Shown: positions 49,102 through 60,800 of the stretch, piece after piece
Position numbering within the stretch: the first letter of the stretch is position 1
How the letters are laid out: every line of letters starts with the position of its first letter
IMG/VR virus record: IMGVR_UViG_3300027816_000052
Span: 124,001-188,000 of that record
Reading direction: 5' to 3' (one strand)
DNA length: 64,000 nt
The notes under the pieces: generated by a model
What the model was told of the DNA's origin: nothing
What the model saw: only the letters and a program-made list of their open reading frames with translations
Databases searched by the model: none
Position numbers and translations under genes: made by a program

Positions 49102-49864
49102 ATTTAAAATAGCATTTGATAGTAGAGACCAAGAAATTAATCTTCGGTTTAATTCTGATTGGGAATATAATGGATTAGATGATGGTTATTCAGTTTATGA
49201 AGCTGGCGCTATTGAACGTTCAATAAACCCACCAGTTGATTTTGAAGTTAGTAGATTTTCAAATGATTTTTATTTGGAAGATGGAGAACAAAAAACAGAA
49301 ATTAATTATGAATTTAATTTTTATAATCAAATAAATAGTACATACTACAGTAGTTATGTCCAATCCAATTTATTTACACCACAAGAATGTTATTATAATT
49401 CAAATTCATTTAGTAAATCATTTTTTAAACTGGATTTTTATGATTTTAGCGCATCAACAGAACAAAAAAACTACATTACAATAATTTTACCAACACAACA
49501 AGGACTAACACAATCAGCACTTATTGGTAATAATTCCGTTAATATAAAAAAACCAGTCTTTCCATTAGATTTTATTGGTGACAAAGAAGGGTTTTTTATT
49601 TATTGGTTAAAAAATAGAGATTATCTTAATATTGATACATTTTATATGTCAGCAAAGTTTTTTGACGCTAAAAATGGAAGATTTGTTAGACTCATAAATA
49701 AACAATTAACAAATATTACAAATTTTAATCCTGATGAGTATTTTTATTATAAGGTGAAGTTAGATTATCCAACACAAACATATAGAGTATATGATTATTG
49801 GACTCAAAATAGAGTTGGAGATTCCTTAACACCCATAAAATGGTTTGAATATATTAATCCATAA
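49085..49864 (+). CDS. Putative virion structural protein (259 aa)
   Basis: Coupled ORF in the structural run. Confidence 0.6.
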   Translation: MMSVNKFKIAFDSRDQEINLRFNSDWEYNGLDDGYSVYEAGAIERSINPPVDFEVSRFSNDFYLEDGEQKTEINYEFNFYNQINSTYYSSYVQSNLFTPQECYYNSNSFSKSFFKLDFYDFSASTEQKNYITIILPTQQGLTQSALIGNNSVNIKKPVFPLDFIGDKEGFFIYWLKNRDYLNIDTFYMSAKFFDAKNGRFVRLINKQLTNITNFNPDEYFYYKVKLDYPTQTYRVYDYWTQNRVGDSLTPIKWFEYINP

Positions 49865-50985
49865 TGGAAGAAAATACGATATATATAAAAATTTCTCCTG
49901 AGGTTTTATTAACAAACGACACAACTGTTACTTATAGTGGGGGTACCGCTCAAGTTTTTTCTTCCATGACCCAAATGTTGAGTGGTGGAACAAATGGTAG
50001 TTCTTTATATACCGATATGACTTTACCCGTTTATTTAAATCAAAATTTTGAAGATATTGGTTATTATAGCACATGGGATGGTGATATAATACAGAAAGAA
50101 ATTTTAAATAACTTCATATATTCTGCTGATTCAGCGGATACAACATTTAATACAATTTGTGTATACAATACATCGGATGTTCAGTTCAACACTTTTTTAG
50201 TAAATCAAAATACAACATATACAATTAATTGGGGCGATGGGACACCAACACAACCGATTAATATTTTTTCACCCTTAAGTAGTTGTCATTTTTATGCATC
50301 AAGTGGAAATTATCAAATAACATTAACTTCTTTAAATATTTTTGGGGTTATTGAAACAACTAGAAATATAGTAATACCTTTAAATCAATCTCCAATTAGT
50401 TCAAACCCATCCGGAACGGTATTATTTGATGTTACGACAGGTTCTTGGACAGCAACACCAGCGTCTTATGATTTTATTTATGATTATGATGCAAATAATT
50501 CTGTTGCAGAACAAATCTCAATCCCAAATTATATTTCATCACCATTTGCAATAACTGGTTATACTTATTCTAGAATTAATGATTTAGCTCGTTATGGTTC
50601 AAATCCATTCGCGCCCGGACCTGTATTTTTAGGTGGTGAACAAATTGGTAGTATTGATTGTAATCCGTGTCTTGATGGGAGTACTGGATACACAATTGGA
50701 ACAGGTGTAACTCAGTCAGTACAATTTTTTGATTTACCCGATGGATCAACAATTTATAGCGGATTAAGCAGTGGGTTAATTGCTGAATGGTTGCTTGAGG
50801 AACCAATTGTAAAAGAAGAACACCTTCTTAAGATTTCTATGCAACCAGAAGTACAATCTAATATATTTATTGAGAGAGGAAAAAATTCTGCGTATGAAAG
50901 AATACAAAGAATAGGTGAAGTTGATAATCTTGGTGATTTAGAAAAATATGGTTATGGATTTTTTAATGTGGTAAAAATAAACTAA
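49864..50985 (+). CDS. Putative virion protein with PKD-like domain
   Basis: YTINWGDGTP...HFYASSGNYQITLT. Confidence 0.65.
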   Translation: MEENTIYIKISPEVLLTNDTTVTYSGGTAQVFSSMTQMLSGGTNGSSLYTDMTLPVYLNQNFEDIGYYSTWDGDIIQKEILNNFIYSADSADTTFNTICVYNTSDVQFNTFLVNQNTTYTINWGDGTPTQPINIFSPLSSCHFYASSGNYQITLTSLNIFGVIETTRNIVIPLNQSPISSNPSGTVLFDVTTGSWTATPASYDFIYDYDANNSVAEQISIPNYISSPFAITGYTYSRINDLARYGSNPFAPGPVFLGGEQIGSIDCNPCLDGSTGYTIGTGVTQSVQFFDLPDGSTIYSGLSSGLIAEWLLEEPIVKEEHLLKISMQPEVQSNIFIERGKNSAYERIQRIGEVDNLGDLEKYGYGFFNVVKIN

Positions 50986-50998
50986 ATAATGATTTAAA

Positions 50999-51904
50999 AT
51001 GGCTTTAGGAGCATATGGAACAATAAGACCTGCGGACGTTAGTCCGGAAGATGTGGAAATAATTTTAAATTATACACCATCAAGAGATGTTACAAATGAT
51101 TTTGTTTTAACAAAATTAGATGCCCCGTCAATTTTAAGACCGTATTTTAGCAACTCAACAGTAGGAGGTACTAATTTAGAGATTTTAGGTGGATTGTATA
51201 ATCTTAGATTACCTGCTGATCAGTTTAATAAATTAGGAATTTATACTTTATACATTAGACCAAAACAAATTAGAACAACAATTACTGATTGTGGAGTACT
51301 TTCGTCATTACCAAACGTTAAAGGTATTGTTATTGATTTAAATAATGTACCCGCACAAGATTTAAATAAATTTATCGCACAAGGACTTGTTGGTTATAGA
51401 GTTGAATATTTAAATGCAGACGGCACAAAAATACCAAATTTTTTTAGAGTTATAACATCTAATTTTTTCTGTGAACCTGTTGTTCAAAACTTAACAAATA
51501 CGGTTCAAAAAGCAATTAGATATCGATATGTTGATGGAACAACTAATTTAATGTTCTGCACACTATCACCATCTTCTGCACCAACAAACAAACCAAATGC
51601 AACACCGTTTATTGGACAACCAGCACAAACTATATTATTAAATAATACGTATTTTAATCCAATTACTTTAGATATTGAAATTGTTGAACACGACATTCAA
51701 ACACTTTCTTATGCAATCTATGGTAATCAAACTAAGTCGATTGAAGATGGTATTTACACAATTTACGATGGTGAAAATAACATTTACAGACAATATAACC
51801 TATATGAAATCAAAGATGAGTTTAATAATCTACTCTATGAAGTTAGAGAAGATCGTGAAAATAATATTGATTTCAGTAAAAACTTTGTCAATATAACATC
51901 ATAA
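50999..51904 (+). CDS. Putative virion structural protein (301 aa)
   Basis: ORF in the structural run. Confidence 0.6.
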   Translation: MALGAYGTIRPADVSPEDVEIILNYTPSRDVTNDFVLTKLDAPSILRPYFSNSTVGGTNLEILGGLYNLRLPADQFNKLGIYTLYIRPKQIRTTITDCGVLSSLPNVKGIVIDLNNVPAQDLNKFIAQGLVGYRVEYLNADGTKIPNFFRVITSNFFCEPVVQNLTNTVQKAIRYRYVDGTTNLMFCTLSPSSAPTNKPNATPFIGQPAQTILLNNTYFNPITLDIEIVEHDIQTLSYAIYGNQTKSIEDGIYTIYDGENNIYRQYNLYEIKDEFNNLLYEVREDRENNIDFSKNFVNITS

Positions 51905-54873
51905 TGGCAAAATTTAAATGTCCTCCACAATATGCTAGCGGCTCTCAAACGCCATTTGACAACATAGTTGGCTTCCAATTAGTTGATGGTGGTGGCTTGA
52001 CACAAGCAAATTTTGAGTTTACGACATCAGCAAGTGAAAAAGTAAACAGGACTTTTAGTATTGGTTCGTTTTCCGAACCAATATCTCTTGAAAATCTTGA
52101 ATTAGACTCAACACTAGAGTCCAGAATTTTATTTGCAAAAAATTATGGTGTATTCCCTAATTTAGACTTAAGTGACGTAACTAATTTTACTCTTTATGGT
52201 TCACTATCAAAACGATTAGAAGTTTCTATACAAAAAATAATAAATTATTTTCCTGCGGCAATTGAAGTTTTAAACTTAAATTCCGACTATTCAACAGGGG
52301 TAACTGCTTATAATTCAGCATACAATTCAATTGAAGATGAAACTGAGTTCACAATTAATATTTATCAATTAAGAAATCCATTCTTAATTGATTATTCTGT
52401 TAATGCAACCAGAAATTTAGAAACAAGAGAAATTAAAGTTTCTGGATTAAGAAACCTTAAAACAGAATTTGAGAAATATTCATTATTTTATAACAATAAT
52501 GAATATGAAATCATTGATTTTACTCCATCTGAAACATTAGATTCTGGGACATTAACATTTATTGTTAGAGGTAATCCATTTAGTGGTCTTTCATATATAC
52601 TTGAAGATTTTTACATTAAACCAAATTCTTATTACACCGAACTTTCATTTAATCAAGATTTTGATGAAGTCGAAAAATTTCTCTTAAATAGATTAATTGT
52701 TCCTGAATATACCGCAGTATTTAAAGTACCAAAACAAACTGATGATGGTAAATTTTATATAAATAATGTATCATTAACTTGGCCTAAAAGATTTATATGG
52801 AATTTAGATATTGAATCAACAAAGTTTTCATCATATTTGGAAAATCTATCAGAAATTGGAGCATCATTTGATATTGTTAAAACGAATCTAATTTCTAGAT
52901 TTTTAACAACTGAGGCTATTAAAGAATTTGATACTTCTGACCAAAAAATTGAAAAAGTTTTACAAATTTATGGTAGAAGTTTTGATGAAGTTAAAAAATT
53001 TATTGATGGATTGGCTTATATGAATTCGGTTCATTATAACCCATCTAATGATATTCCATCTCAGTTACTTAAAAATCTTTCGATGACTTTGGGTTGGAAA
53101 ATTAATGTTTCACCAATATCTGAAGACGAATTTTTAAATGCTATATTCTCAACTGGAGGTGAATCTCAATATCAAGGATTTAGCGTAAACAAAACGCCTG
53201 ATGAATTAAACTATCAATTTTATAGAAACTTAATACTTAATTCCGCTTACTTATTTAAGTCAAAAGGAACCAGACGTTCAATTGAATTTTTATTAAGGAT
53301 GATTGGTGCTCCGGATGCTCTTATTGAATTTAATGAGAATATTTACATGGCGGATCAAAGAATTAATATGTTTCAATTTGAGACCAAATTTGCACAAATT
53401 TCTGCTGGGACGTTTACACAAATAAATCCGGAACTTATTCCCGGAAATACATTTAATTTACTTGGTATACAATATACAGCATTTACATCTGTAACATCTT
53501 TTGAGCAAGTAAATGTCTTACTTGAAAACTATCCAGTTGATGAGTTTGGTTTCCCAAAACCACCAGAAGATAATGAATCGTTCTTTTTCCAACAAGGTGC
53601 TGGTTGGTATCAGTCAACACCTCAACATAGAAGTCCTGAGGAAGTTAATTTAACAAATTCAGTTTTCACGGGAAATAATCCATCAATTCAAACGCAATTA
53701 GAACCATTTACTTACGGTCAAAAATACCTTGAAAGATTTAGAAAATTCCCATATATGAGGGAAGGTTTTAAATTACAAAGAGTATTAGATAATAAAAAAT
53801 CTTGGCCCTCAACAGAAGTTGGATTAAGAGAAAATTTTGATGGTAATTATAACGCATATTATTATGCTTATGATGAAAAATTAGTTTTAAATGTTAAAAA
53901 TACTGAAATTTTCTTAAATCCAGCACAAGGATTGGTTTACGATGTTTGGTCATCATCTCAAAAATATAATTATCCAATTCCAGATTCTGGACTAACTTCA
54001 CCATATCCAGTACCCGGAGGTATTGATTGGACAATAATTAATCCACAACCAAAAAGAAGAACATTTTTTGAATTTGCTCAAACATTTTGGACAAATATGA
54101 TTAATGTTCGTAATCGAATGTATATAACGGATGGAAAAACTGGTGGATATCCAACATTAGCATCTGTATTTTGGAAATACATACAAACTAATCAAGCTGT
54201 TTGCATTCCATTTGATGATTTTACGTATCAAAAATTAATTGATTACGTGGAACAAATAGGTGATTATTGGATTCAATTAATTGAACAAATGGTTCCCGCA
54301 ACAACGATATGGGATACGGGTATTAAATATGAAAATTCAATCTTTCATCGACAAAAATTTGTTTATAGAAGACAAAGAGGTTGTCAGATTATTCCAGTCC
54401 CATGTAAACCATGTATTGCACAAGACAATTTATTTACGTATGATTGTAATTATGGATTATATTCTTGTTCCATTTTACCAAGAGTTGGTGGTGGATTACA
54501 AACACTACAAACAACATCATTTAATACGGTTCTTTATCAAACATTAATTTCTTATTTAATAAGTCAGGGACTAACAATAAATGAATGTATTTTAAGTTCA
54601 CTTGTTTCTGAATGGTACGTTGATATTAGAATTGACGGTAATTCTATCGTACAAGAACCATTTTTTACAGGATATGGAATAAATCAAGTTCCCACACAAT
54701 TACAGTGGACAAATGCAATTATTGCAAATCTTGGTGAATTGAATGATAATGGATATTATGGGTATTTAGATGGTAATACTCTATATGTAAGAACTTTAGG
54801 TTGTGTATTTTCTATTTCAAATAATCCACTAGAATTAAATGTGGGAATAAATTTATCGATTAATTGTAATTAA
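51904..54873 (+). CDS. Putative baseplate wedge/virion protein (989 aa)
   Basis: YLFKSKGTRRSIEFLLRMIG resembles the KGT motif of gp7/tail-I-type wedge proteins. Confidence 0.55.
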   Translation: MAKFKCPPQYASGSQTPFDNIVGFQLVDGGGLTQANFEFTTSASEKVNRTFSIGSFSEPISLENLELDSTLESRILFAKNYGVFPNLDLSDVTNFTLYGSLSKRLEVSIQKIINYFPAAIEVLNLNSDYSTGVTAYNSAYNSIEDETEFTINIYQLRNPFLIDYSVNATRNLETREIKVSGLRNLKTEFEKYSLFYNNNEYEIIDFTPSETLDSGTLTFIVRGNPFSGLSYILEDFYIKPNSYYTELSFNQDFDEVEKFLLNRLIVPEYTAVFKVPKQTDDGKFYINNVSLTWPKRFIWNLDIESTKFSSYLENLSEIGASFDIVKTNLISRFLTTEAIKEFDTSDQKIEKVLQIYGRSFDEVKKFIDGLAYMNSVHYNPSNDIPSQLLKNLSMTLGWKINVSPISEDEFLNAIFSTGGESQYQGFSVNKTPDELNYQFYRNLILNSAYLFKSKGTRRSIEFLLRMIGAPDALIEFNENIYMADQRINMFQFETKFAQISAGTFTQINPELIPGNTFNLLGIQYTAFTSVTSFEQVNVLLENYPVDEFGFPKPPEDNESFFFQQGAGWYQSTPQHRSPEEVNLTNSVFTGNNPSIQTQLEPFTYGQKYLERFRKFPYMREGFKLQRVLDNKKSWPSTEVGLRENFDGNYNAYYYAYDEKLVLNVKNTEIFLNPAQGLVYDVWSSSQKYNYPIPDSGLTSPYPVPGGIDWTIINPQPKRRTFFEFAQTFWTNMINVRNRMYITDGKTGGYPTLASVFWKYIQTNQAVCIPFDDFTYQKLIDYVEQIGDYWIQLIEQMVPATTIWDTGIKYENSIFHRQKFVYRRQRGCQIIPVPCKPCIAQDNLFTYDCNYGLYSCSILPRVGGGLQTLQTTSFNTVLYQTLISYLISQGLTINECILSSLVSEWYVDIRIDGNSIVQEPFFTGYGINQVPTQLQWTNAIIANLGELNDNGYYGYLDGNTLYVRTLGCVFSISNNPLELNVGINLSINCN

Positions 54874-57005
54874 TGAATATTTTTGATGTCAATATAATAT
54901 TAACCGGTGATTGTACAAATAGTAATCTTGGTGCTGCGACTTTAACCGCAGTACCTAATGTTAATACCACATCTCCTTTTAGTTATTTGTGGTATGACCC
55001 ATATTTAGGTACCGGACAAACACAAACTGGATTATCCGCTGGAACATATTTTGTGGAGGTAAACGACTCAAGTACACCAAATAATATTAGCTTAGTAAAC
55101 GTTACAATTAGTTCGGGTGCTTGCGCATCAATAATAAATGTAGTAGATACAACTTGTAATCAAAATAATGGTGAAATCACAATATCAGGTAATACAAGTT
55201 CTCCATTTGAAAATGTTTTTTATTTATATAGTGGTACATCTTTAGTTGATAGCTATACAGCAACAAGTGAAAGTCATACATTTATCTCATTATCTCCCGG
55301 AATCTATTATGGGGTTATTGAAGATGCTGGTGGATGTACTGGTGTTACTGAAACATGTATTATTCACGAATCTACTAATTTAACATATGGTGCATTTATT
55401 ATACCCGCAACTAGTTGTGTCGGCACTGGTGGAAAAATAATTATAACAGGGGAAACTGGAACACCACCATTTACTTATCAGTGGAGCGATATTAATGGAC
55501 CTATTTTAAGCGAAACTGGAAGTACAATCAGTGGTTTAACAAGTGGTCTATATACCGTTAATGTGACTTCAGCAGATAACTGCTCTTTGACTACGGCTTA
55601 TAACTTACCTCAAACAGATTCGTTGGGTGCTTTTGTAACTAGTGTAATTTCTCCAAGCTGTTTTTCTTCTGATGGGGAAATAACTATAACAGTAACGGGA
55701 GGTACCGGCCCATTTTTTTATTCCGGTTCTAATGCTACAACAGAAATTACATATTCAACAAATTATGTGTTTACTGGACTTTCTTCAGGACCATTTAGCG
55801 TATCAATAACTGATGTTGGTTTATGCAATACGCAATTAACAACCTCATTAGAAACACCAAATACCTTTGATATTGTTTCTGTAAATGTCGTTAATACAAC
55901 TTGTGGTGCAACCGATGGTCAAATTAGTGTTGTAATAAATGGAGGAACAGCACCATATTTCTATCAAATAGACGGACCAAATGGTACTGAGTCGTTAATA
56001 TCTAATTTTTTAACACAAACTTTCACTAATTTATCAGGTGGCTCATACACTTTAATTATTTCAGCAAGTAGTACAACTTGTGTTTATACACAATCGTTGT
56101 CAATAATATCAACACCCTTATTTAACGTTTCTACCTCAACAACCGGGTCAACTTGCGGACAAAATAATGGCGTTGTTTTAATACAAAAAACAACAGGCGG
56201 CACATCACCATTTTTATATGAAATAAGTGGACCCGTTAATTTAAGTTCATTGTCTGTTGATGATAATTTTACATTTACAAATTTACCCACAGGAAATTAT
56301 GTTGCAAATGTAACTAGCCAAGAAGGTTGCGTAATCAGTTCAAGTTTTTATATACAAGAAGAACCACCATTAAACTTCACATTATTTGGCACAGATTGTG
56401 GTTTAGGTAGTGAAGGAACAATAACTGTAATATTAACATCTGGTGCACCACCGTTTACAATAAATTGGTTCCCAAGCGTTTCTAGCGGTATTTATGCAAC
56501 AGGATTAACTTCTGGTAACTACTCAGTAACTATAACCGATAGTAATGGTTGTACAGATACGCAAGAAATAGAAATTACTTGTAGCGCACTTTATACTGGA
56601 TATAGAACATTCAATATTTGTTCCGATAATATGGAGTTAAGTTATGGTAATAAATTTGGGTTAATTGAAATGTTAAATTATGGTTTTCAGGATATAACAA
56701 CCGGCGACACTACATGTGTTCTTAACAATGCTCAATTTATTGCAAGCGTCACTGCAAATACAATAACAACATCTGGTTCGGTTTATACAAGTTATTCATT
56801 AATTGATGTACCAACAGATGAACAACTTTATGGAACAATAGAAACTTTACTTGAATCTATAAGTGGTATTGGTGATGTTACAATTGATTATACAAATAAC
56901 CAAATAATTATAAATTCCGATTGCACATTAAATAATAATTTAAGTGATATTGGAGTAAAAATTGAACTTATAATTATTTATGATATAACATGTGACGATA
57001 TATAA
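54873..57005 (+). CDS. SprB-repeat-like beta-rich virion surface protein
   Basis: Repeated C...DG.I.V...GGT.PY.Y...F.GL..G.Y.V.V.D..GC units. Confidence 0.7.
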   Translation: MNIFDVNIILTGDCTNSNLGAATLTAVPNVNTTSPFSYLWYDPYLGTGQTQTGLSAGTYFVEVNDSSTPNNISLVNVTISSGACASIINVVDTTCNQNNGEITISGNTSSPFENVFYLYSGTSLVDSYTATSESHTFISLSPGIYYGVIEDAGGCTGVTETCIIHESTNLTYGAFIIPATSCVGTGGKIIITGETGTPPFTYQWSDINGPILSETGSTISGLTSGLYTVNVTSADNCSLTTAYNLPQTDSLGAFVTSVISPSCFSSDGEITITVTGGTGPFFYSGSNATTEITYSTNYVFTGLSSGPFSVSITDVGLCNTQLTTSLETPNTFDIVSVNVVNTTCGATDGQISVVINGGTAPYFYQIDGPNGTESLISNFLTQTFTNLSGGSYTLIISASSTTCVYTQSLSIISTPLFNVSTSTTGSTCGQNNGVVLIQKTTGGTSPFLYEISGPVNLSSLSVDDNFTFTNLPTGNYVANVTSQEGCVISSSFYIQEEPPLNFTLFGTDCGLGSEGTITVILTSGAPPFTINWFPSVSSGIYATGLTSGNYSVTITDSNGCTDTQEIEITCSALYTGYRTFNICSDNMELSYGNKFGLIEMLNYGFQDITTGDTTCVLNNAQFIASVTANTITTSGSVYTSYSLIDVPTDEQLYGTIETLLESISGIGDVTIDYTNNQIIINSDCTLNNNLSDIGVKIELIIIYDITCDDI

Positions 57006-57008
57006 AAT

Positions 57009-57806
57009 ATGTGTACATTAACCTTCAATAGTATTACTGGCGCATCACCATTTGATGTGTTTGTTTCTGATGTAAATGGGTATTATCCACCTGTAAATAT
57101 TGGACCCATTCCCAGTGGTGCAACATTTCCTGTAACATTATCTTTACCACCTTATTTGAATTCAGCACCTTCAATTTTAATTGAGATTGTTGATGCTAGC
57201 GGGTGTACGGATTCTACAATAATTATACCACCCGGTCCACCCTCAACAGCAAATTTATTTGCTTTATTATTTATAGAACCAATAAGCAGAAGTTCAGAAA
57301 TTTATACGTATTTATCAGCACAAGGAAATACCACATTTTTTGGGTTTGGTTATGGTACACCACCATTAAATGGTACAGAATTTATTGAATATATGAAAAT
57401 GTATGCAACTTCTGGTGTAACAGGACTTCCTCCCGTTTTTTATCAAAGTGTACCACAAACAACGTCAGGTAATGATTCATTTGGAAATCCAAATATAACA
57501 TATAATTTTACAACAACGCAAGTTCCCGCTGGAACAGCAATAGAGGATGCTTGGTATACTTGGGTTATACCAAATAGCTTAACAAATAATCAACTCCAAA
57601 CTGAAATTTCATATGGTAATCAAAATTCACCATTTATATTAAATGGTGCTATTATGAATACTAACATTGATTCCTATATTTTTAATTACACGGGGTCAAC
57701 ATTTGCAAATACATTTTATCGAACATATACGACTTTCCCAAGTACAGAATTTTATTTAAATAACATAAACGTTGATATTTATTTTAGAGGTTTAACAGTT
57801 CAATAA
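57009..57806 (+). CDS. Putative virion/fibre-associated protein (265 aa)
   Basis: Thr/Pro-rich ORF in the structural run. Confidence 0.6.
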   Translation: MCTLTFNSITGASPFDVFVSDVNGYYPPVNIGPIPSGATFPVTLSLPPYLNSAPSILIEIVDASGCTDSTIIIPPGPPSTANLFALLFIEPISRSSEIYTYLSAQGNTTFFGFGYGTPPLNGTEFIEYMKMYATSGVTGLPPVFYQSVPQTTSGNDSFGNPNITYNFTTTQVPAGTAIEDAWYTWVIPNSLTNNQLQTEISYGNQNSPFILNGAIMNTNIDSYIFNYTGSTFANTFYRTYTTFPSTEFYLNNINVDIYFRGLTVQ

Positions 57807-57807
57807 T

Positions 57808-60800
57808 ATGTCATTATATAAAAATCCACAAACAGCAACGCAATTAAATGCGCCCGAATCGGTAAATCCAAATCGATTTTATGGAACTAATTTTAGTATA
57901 TTAGGTATTGGTGGTTATGTTGAAGTATATTCTGTAAATGATTTAATTTATACAATACCGGTGGGTTCTTCTGGACCTGTTGAAACTTCAGGAAATACAA
58001 TTCCAATACGTTTAAATATAAACACACCAAATCCTGATGTATTAACTTTAAATTCTGATAATATATCTTCTGGTAGAAGAAGATTAGGAATGTTAGCATA
58101 TGTTTATGAAAATGAAACAACATATCAATATAACATTCCGAATTATACATCATTATTTAGTGCGGCAACAGGAACAACCGCAGTCACAATAACACAATTT
58201 GGTACTACGGTTGATAGCTCAACTCCCGAAGGTCAAGCATTTATTGATGCTTGGACAGCATCAACAATTGAAGGAATAACTCCGGGTGCAACATATGCGA
58301 CAGCAAATTGGAGAATTTTATCACAAAGTGGATCTTCATCATTTGATGTATATGTAACGGGTGGAACATATTCTGCTGGTACTCTAAGTTTTACTAACAA
58401 TTCTGGTGGGACATTTGATATCAGTGGTTTAACATCTACGGATATATTTGTTACGGGATTAACATATACCGGAGCATCATATACTTTAGGTGCAACAAGA
58501 AATGATGGAACTTTATTAACGGTAACATTACCCGGATATGGTGATGTTTTTGTAACTGGTGGCACATATAATCCATTAAATGGTGAAGTAACCTACTTTA
58601 ATAATTCTGGTGGAACATTTGTTGTTAGTGGATTTACAAGTGGATATACTGATTTCTATGTTACTGGTGGAACTTATGATGATAATACAAATACATTAAC
58701 ATTAACTAGAACCGATGCCGGTACTGTACAGGTTACTGGATGGACACAACCAGTAATTATTTCTGGAAGCGGAAGTTGTAGTTCGGTTAGGCGAGACAAT
58801 CTTAATGTTGCGTCCGGCGCTTACTCGACGGTGTATGGTCATTCAAATAACACATGCCAAATAGGTACCGTTATTGCTGGTGGTCAAGGTAATTCTGCTT
58901 TAAATAACGGTTTTAATAACTTTATTGGTGGGGGTATTTTAAATTGGTATGGTTTGAATAATACAACGCAAAGTGCGTATTATAATGTAGGTAATACCGT
59001 GTGTGTTCCCGGAGATTTGACTTCAATATATCAAATTGGTAATTTAGCGTCTTTTTATAATGGGATTGATAATGTGATATATAGTGCGGCAATAACTAAT
59101 AGTACATATAATCCACCTTATACTGAAATACAATTAGATGTTTTTGATACCGGTTCTAATGTTTATTTTCAGGGTTCCATCACTAATTTAAGTTGTTTTA
59201 GTGGAAATTCATTTTATTCTACTATAAGTGGTGGTTATAATAATAAAATATGTGGTTCATTTTCATCTATAATTGGAGGTAGTAACAATTTAATTTGCAA
59301 TAATAATGCATCAATTGGTGGTGGATGTTTAAATATTGCGAGTGGTTTTGGTTCGGTTATAACCGGTGGTTATTTAAATAGAACGACAAATTTTTATTCA
59401 AGCGTTGTTGGAGGATTATCAAATATTGCTAGTGGTAGTGGTTCATTTATCGGTGGAGGTTGTTCTAATAGTGCAACAACAACATATTCGACTATTGTTG
59501 CTGGTGAATGTAATTTATCATCCGGAAACTGTTCATTTATAGGAGGTGGAAGTTCAAATAAAGCATTATCTTCAGGTTCATTTATAGGGGGTGGTTTTAA
59601 CAATAGTGCAACAACGTGTTGTTCAGTTATTGTTGCAGGTGAAAATAATTTATCATCTGGAAACAATTCATTTGTTGGAGGTGGTGGTTCGAATAGTGCA
59701 ACAACGTGTTGTTCAGTTATTGTTGCAGGTGAAAATAATTTATCTTGTGGTCCTTGTTCATTTATCGGTGGAGGTAGTTCAAATTGTGCAACATCTGACG
59801 CTTCTGTGGTTGTTGGAGGTGCATTAAATGTTAATATTGGTACTTATTCATTTATTGGCGGTGGTCGCTGTAATATAATTTCTGGCGCAACAACTCTTTA
59901 TTCATCAGTTGTTGGAGGATTATCAAATATTGTTAGTTGCGATGGTTCATTTATCGGTGGAGGTAGTTCAAATTGTGTAACATCAGCTATTTCTGTAGTT
60001 GTTGGAGGATTATCAAATATTGCTAGTGGTAGTGGTTCATTTATCGGTGGAGGTTGTTCTAATAGTGCGACAACAACTTACGCAACTGTTGTTGGTGGTC
60101 AAAATAATTTATCTTCTAATAATTATTCATTTATTGGTGGCGGATTTTTAAATACCGCAACAGGTTTATGTTCATTAATTGTTGGTGGAAGTTGCAATAG
60201 TGCTACAACAATCTTTTCTACAATTGTTGGTGGTCGTTCTAATTTAATTTCACCAATAGTCGGTCTTCAAAATGCCGAAGGTTCATTTATCGGTGGTGGT
60301 TACAATAATTCAATATATGCCCAAAAATATAGCGTTATTGGCGGAGGTTCAGGGAATACTATAACTGGAAGCGGTAATTGTATTTTATGCGACTCAACAA
60401 TAGCCGGTGGGAGGGAAAATTATATTTATGGATTAGTATCAACAATCGGTGGCGGTAGGGCAAATAGCGCCACAACAAGATCAACAATAACCGGTGGAGC
60501 TAGAAATAGTGCTAGCGGTAACTACTCAACAATAAATGCTGGCGTTAATAATTTTGCAACAGGGTGTGGTTCTATTGCAGCAGGAATTGGTGCTAACACA
60601 ACAGGAGGTACAAGTGACGCACAAGCAATATTAATTAATGCGATAGGGATTCCAAATGGTGATTTCTCTGTGGTATCAGGTGGATTTCAAAATAGATCGC
60701 AAGGAAATTATTCATTTGTTGGTGGAGGACAATTAAATATATCATCTGGTTGTCGCTCAACAATTGCTGGAGGATTTAATAATTCCGAAAGCGGTGTTTA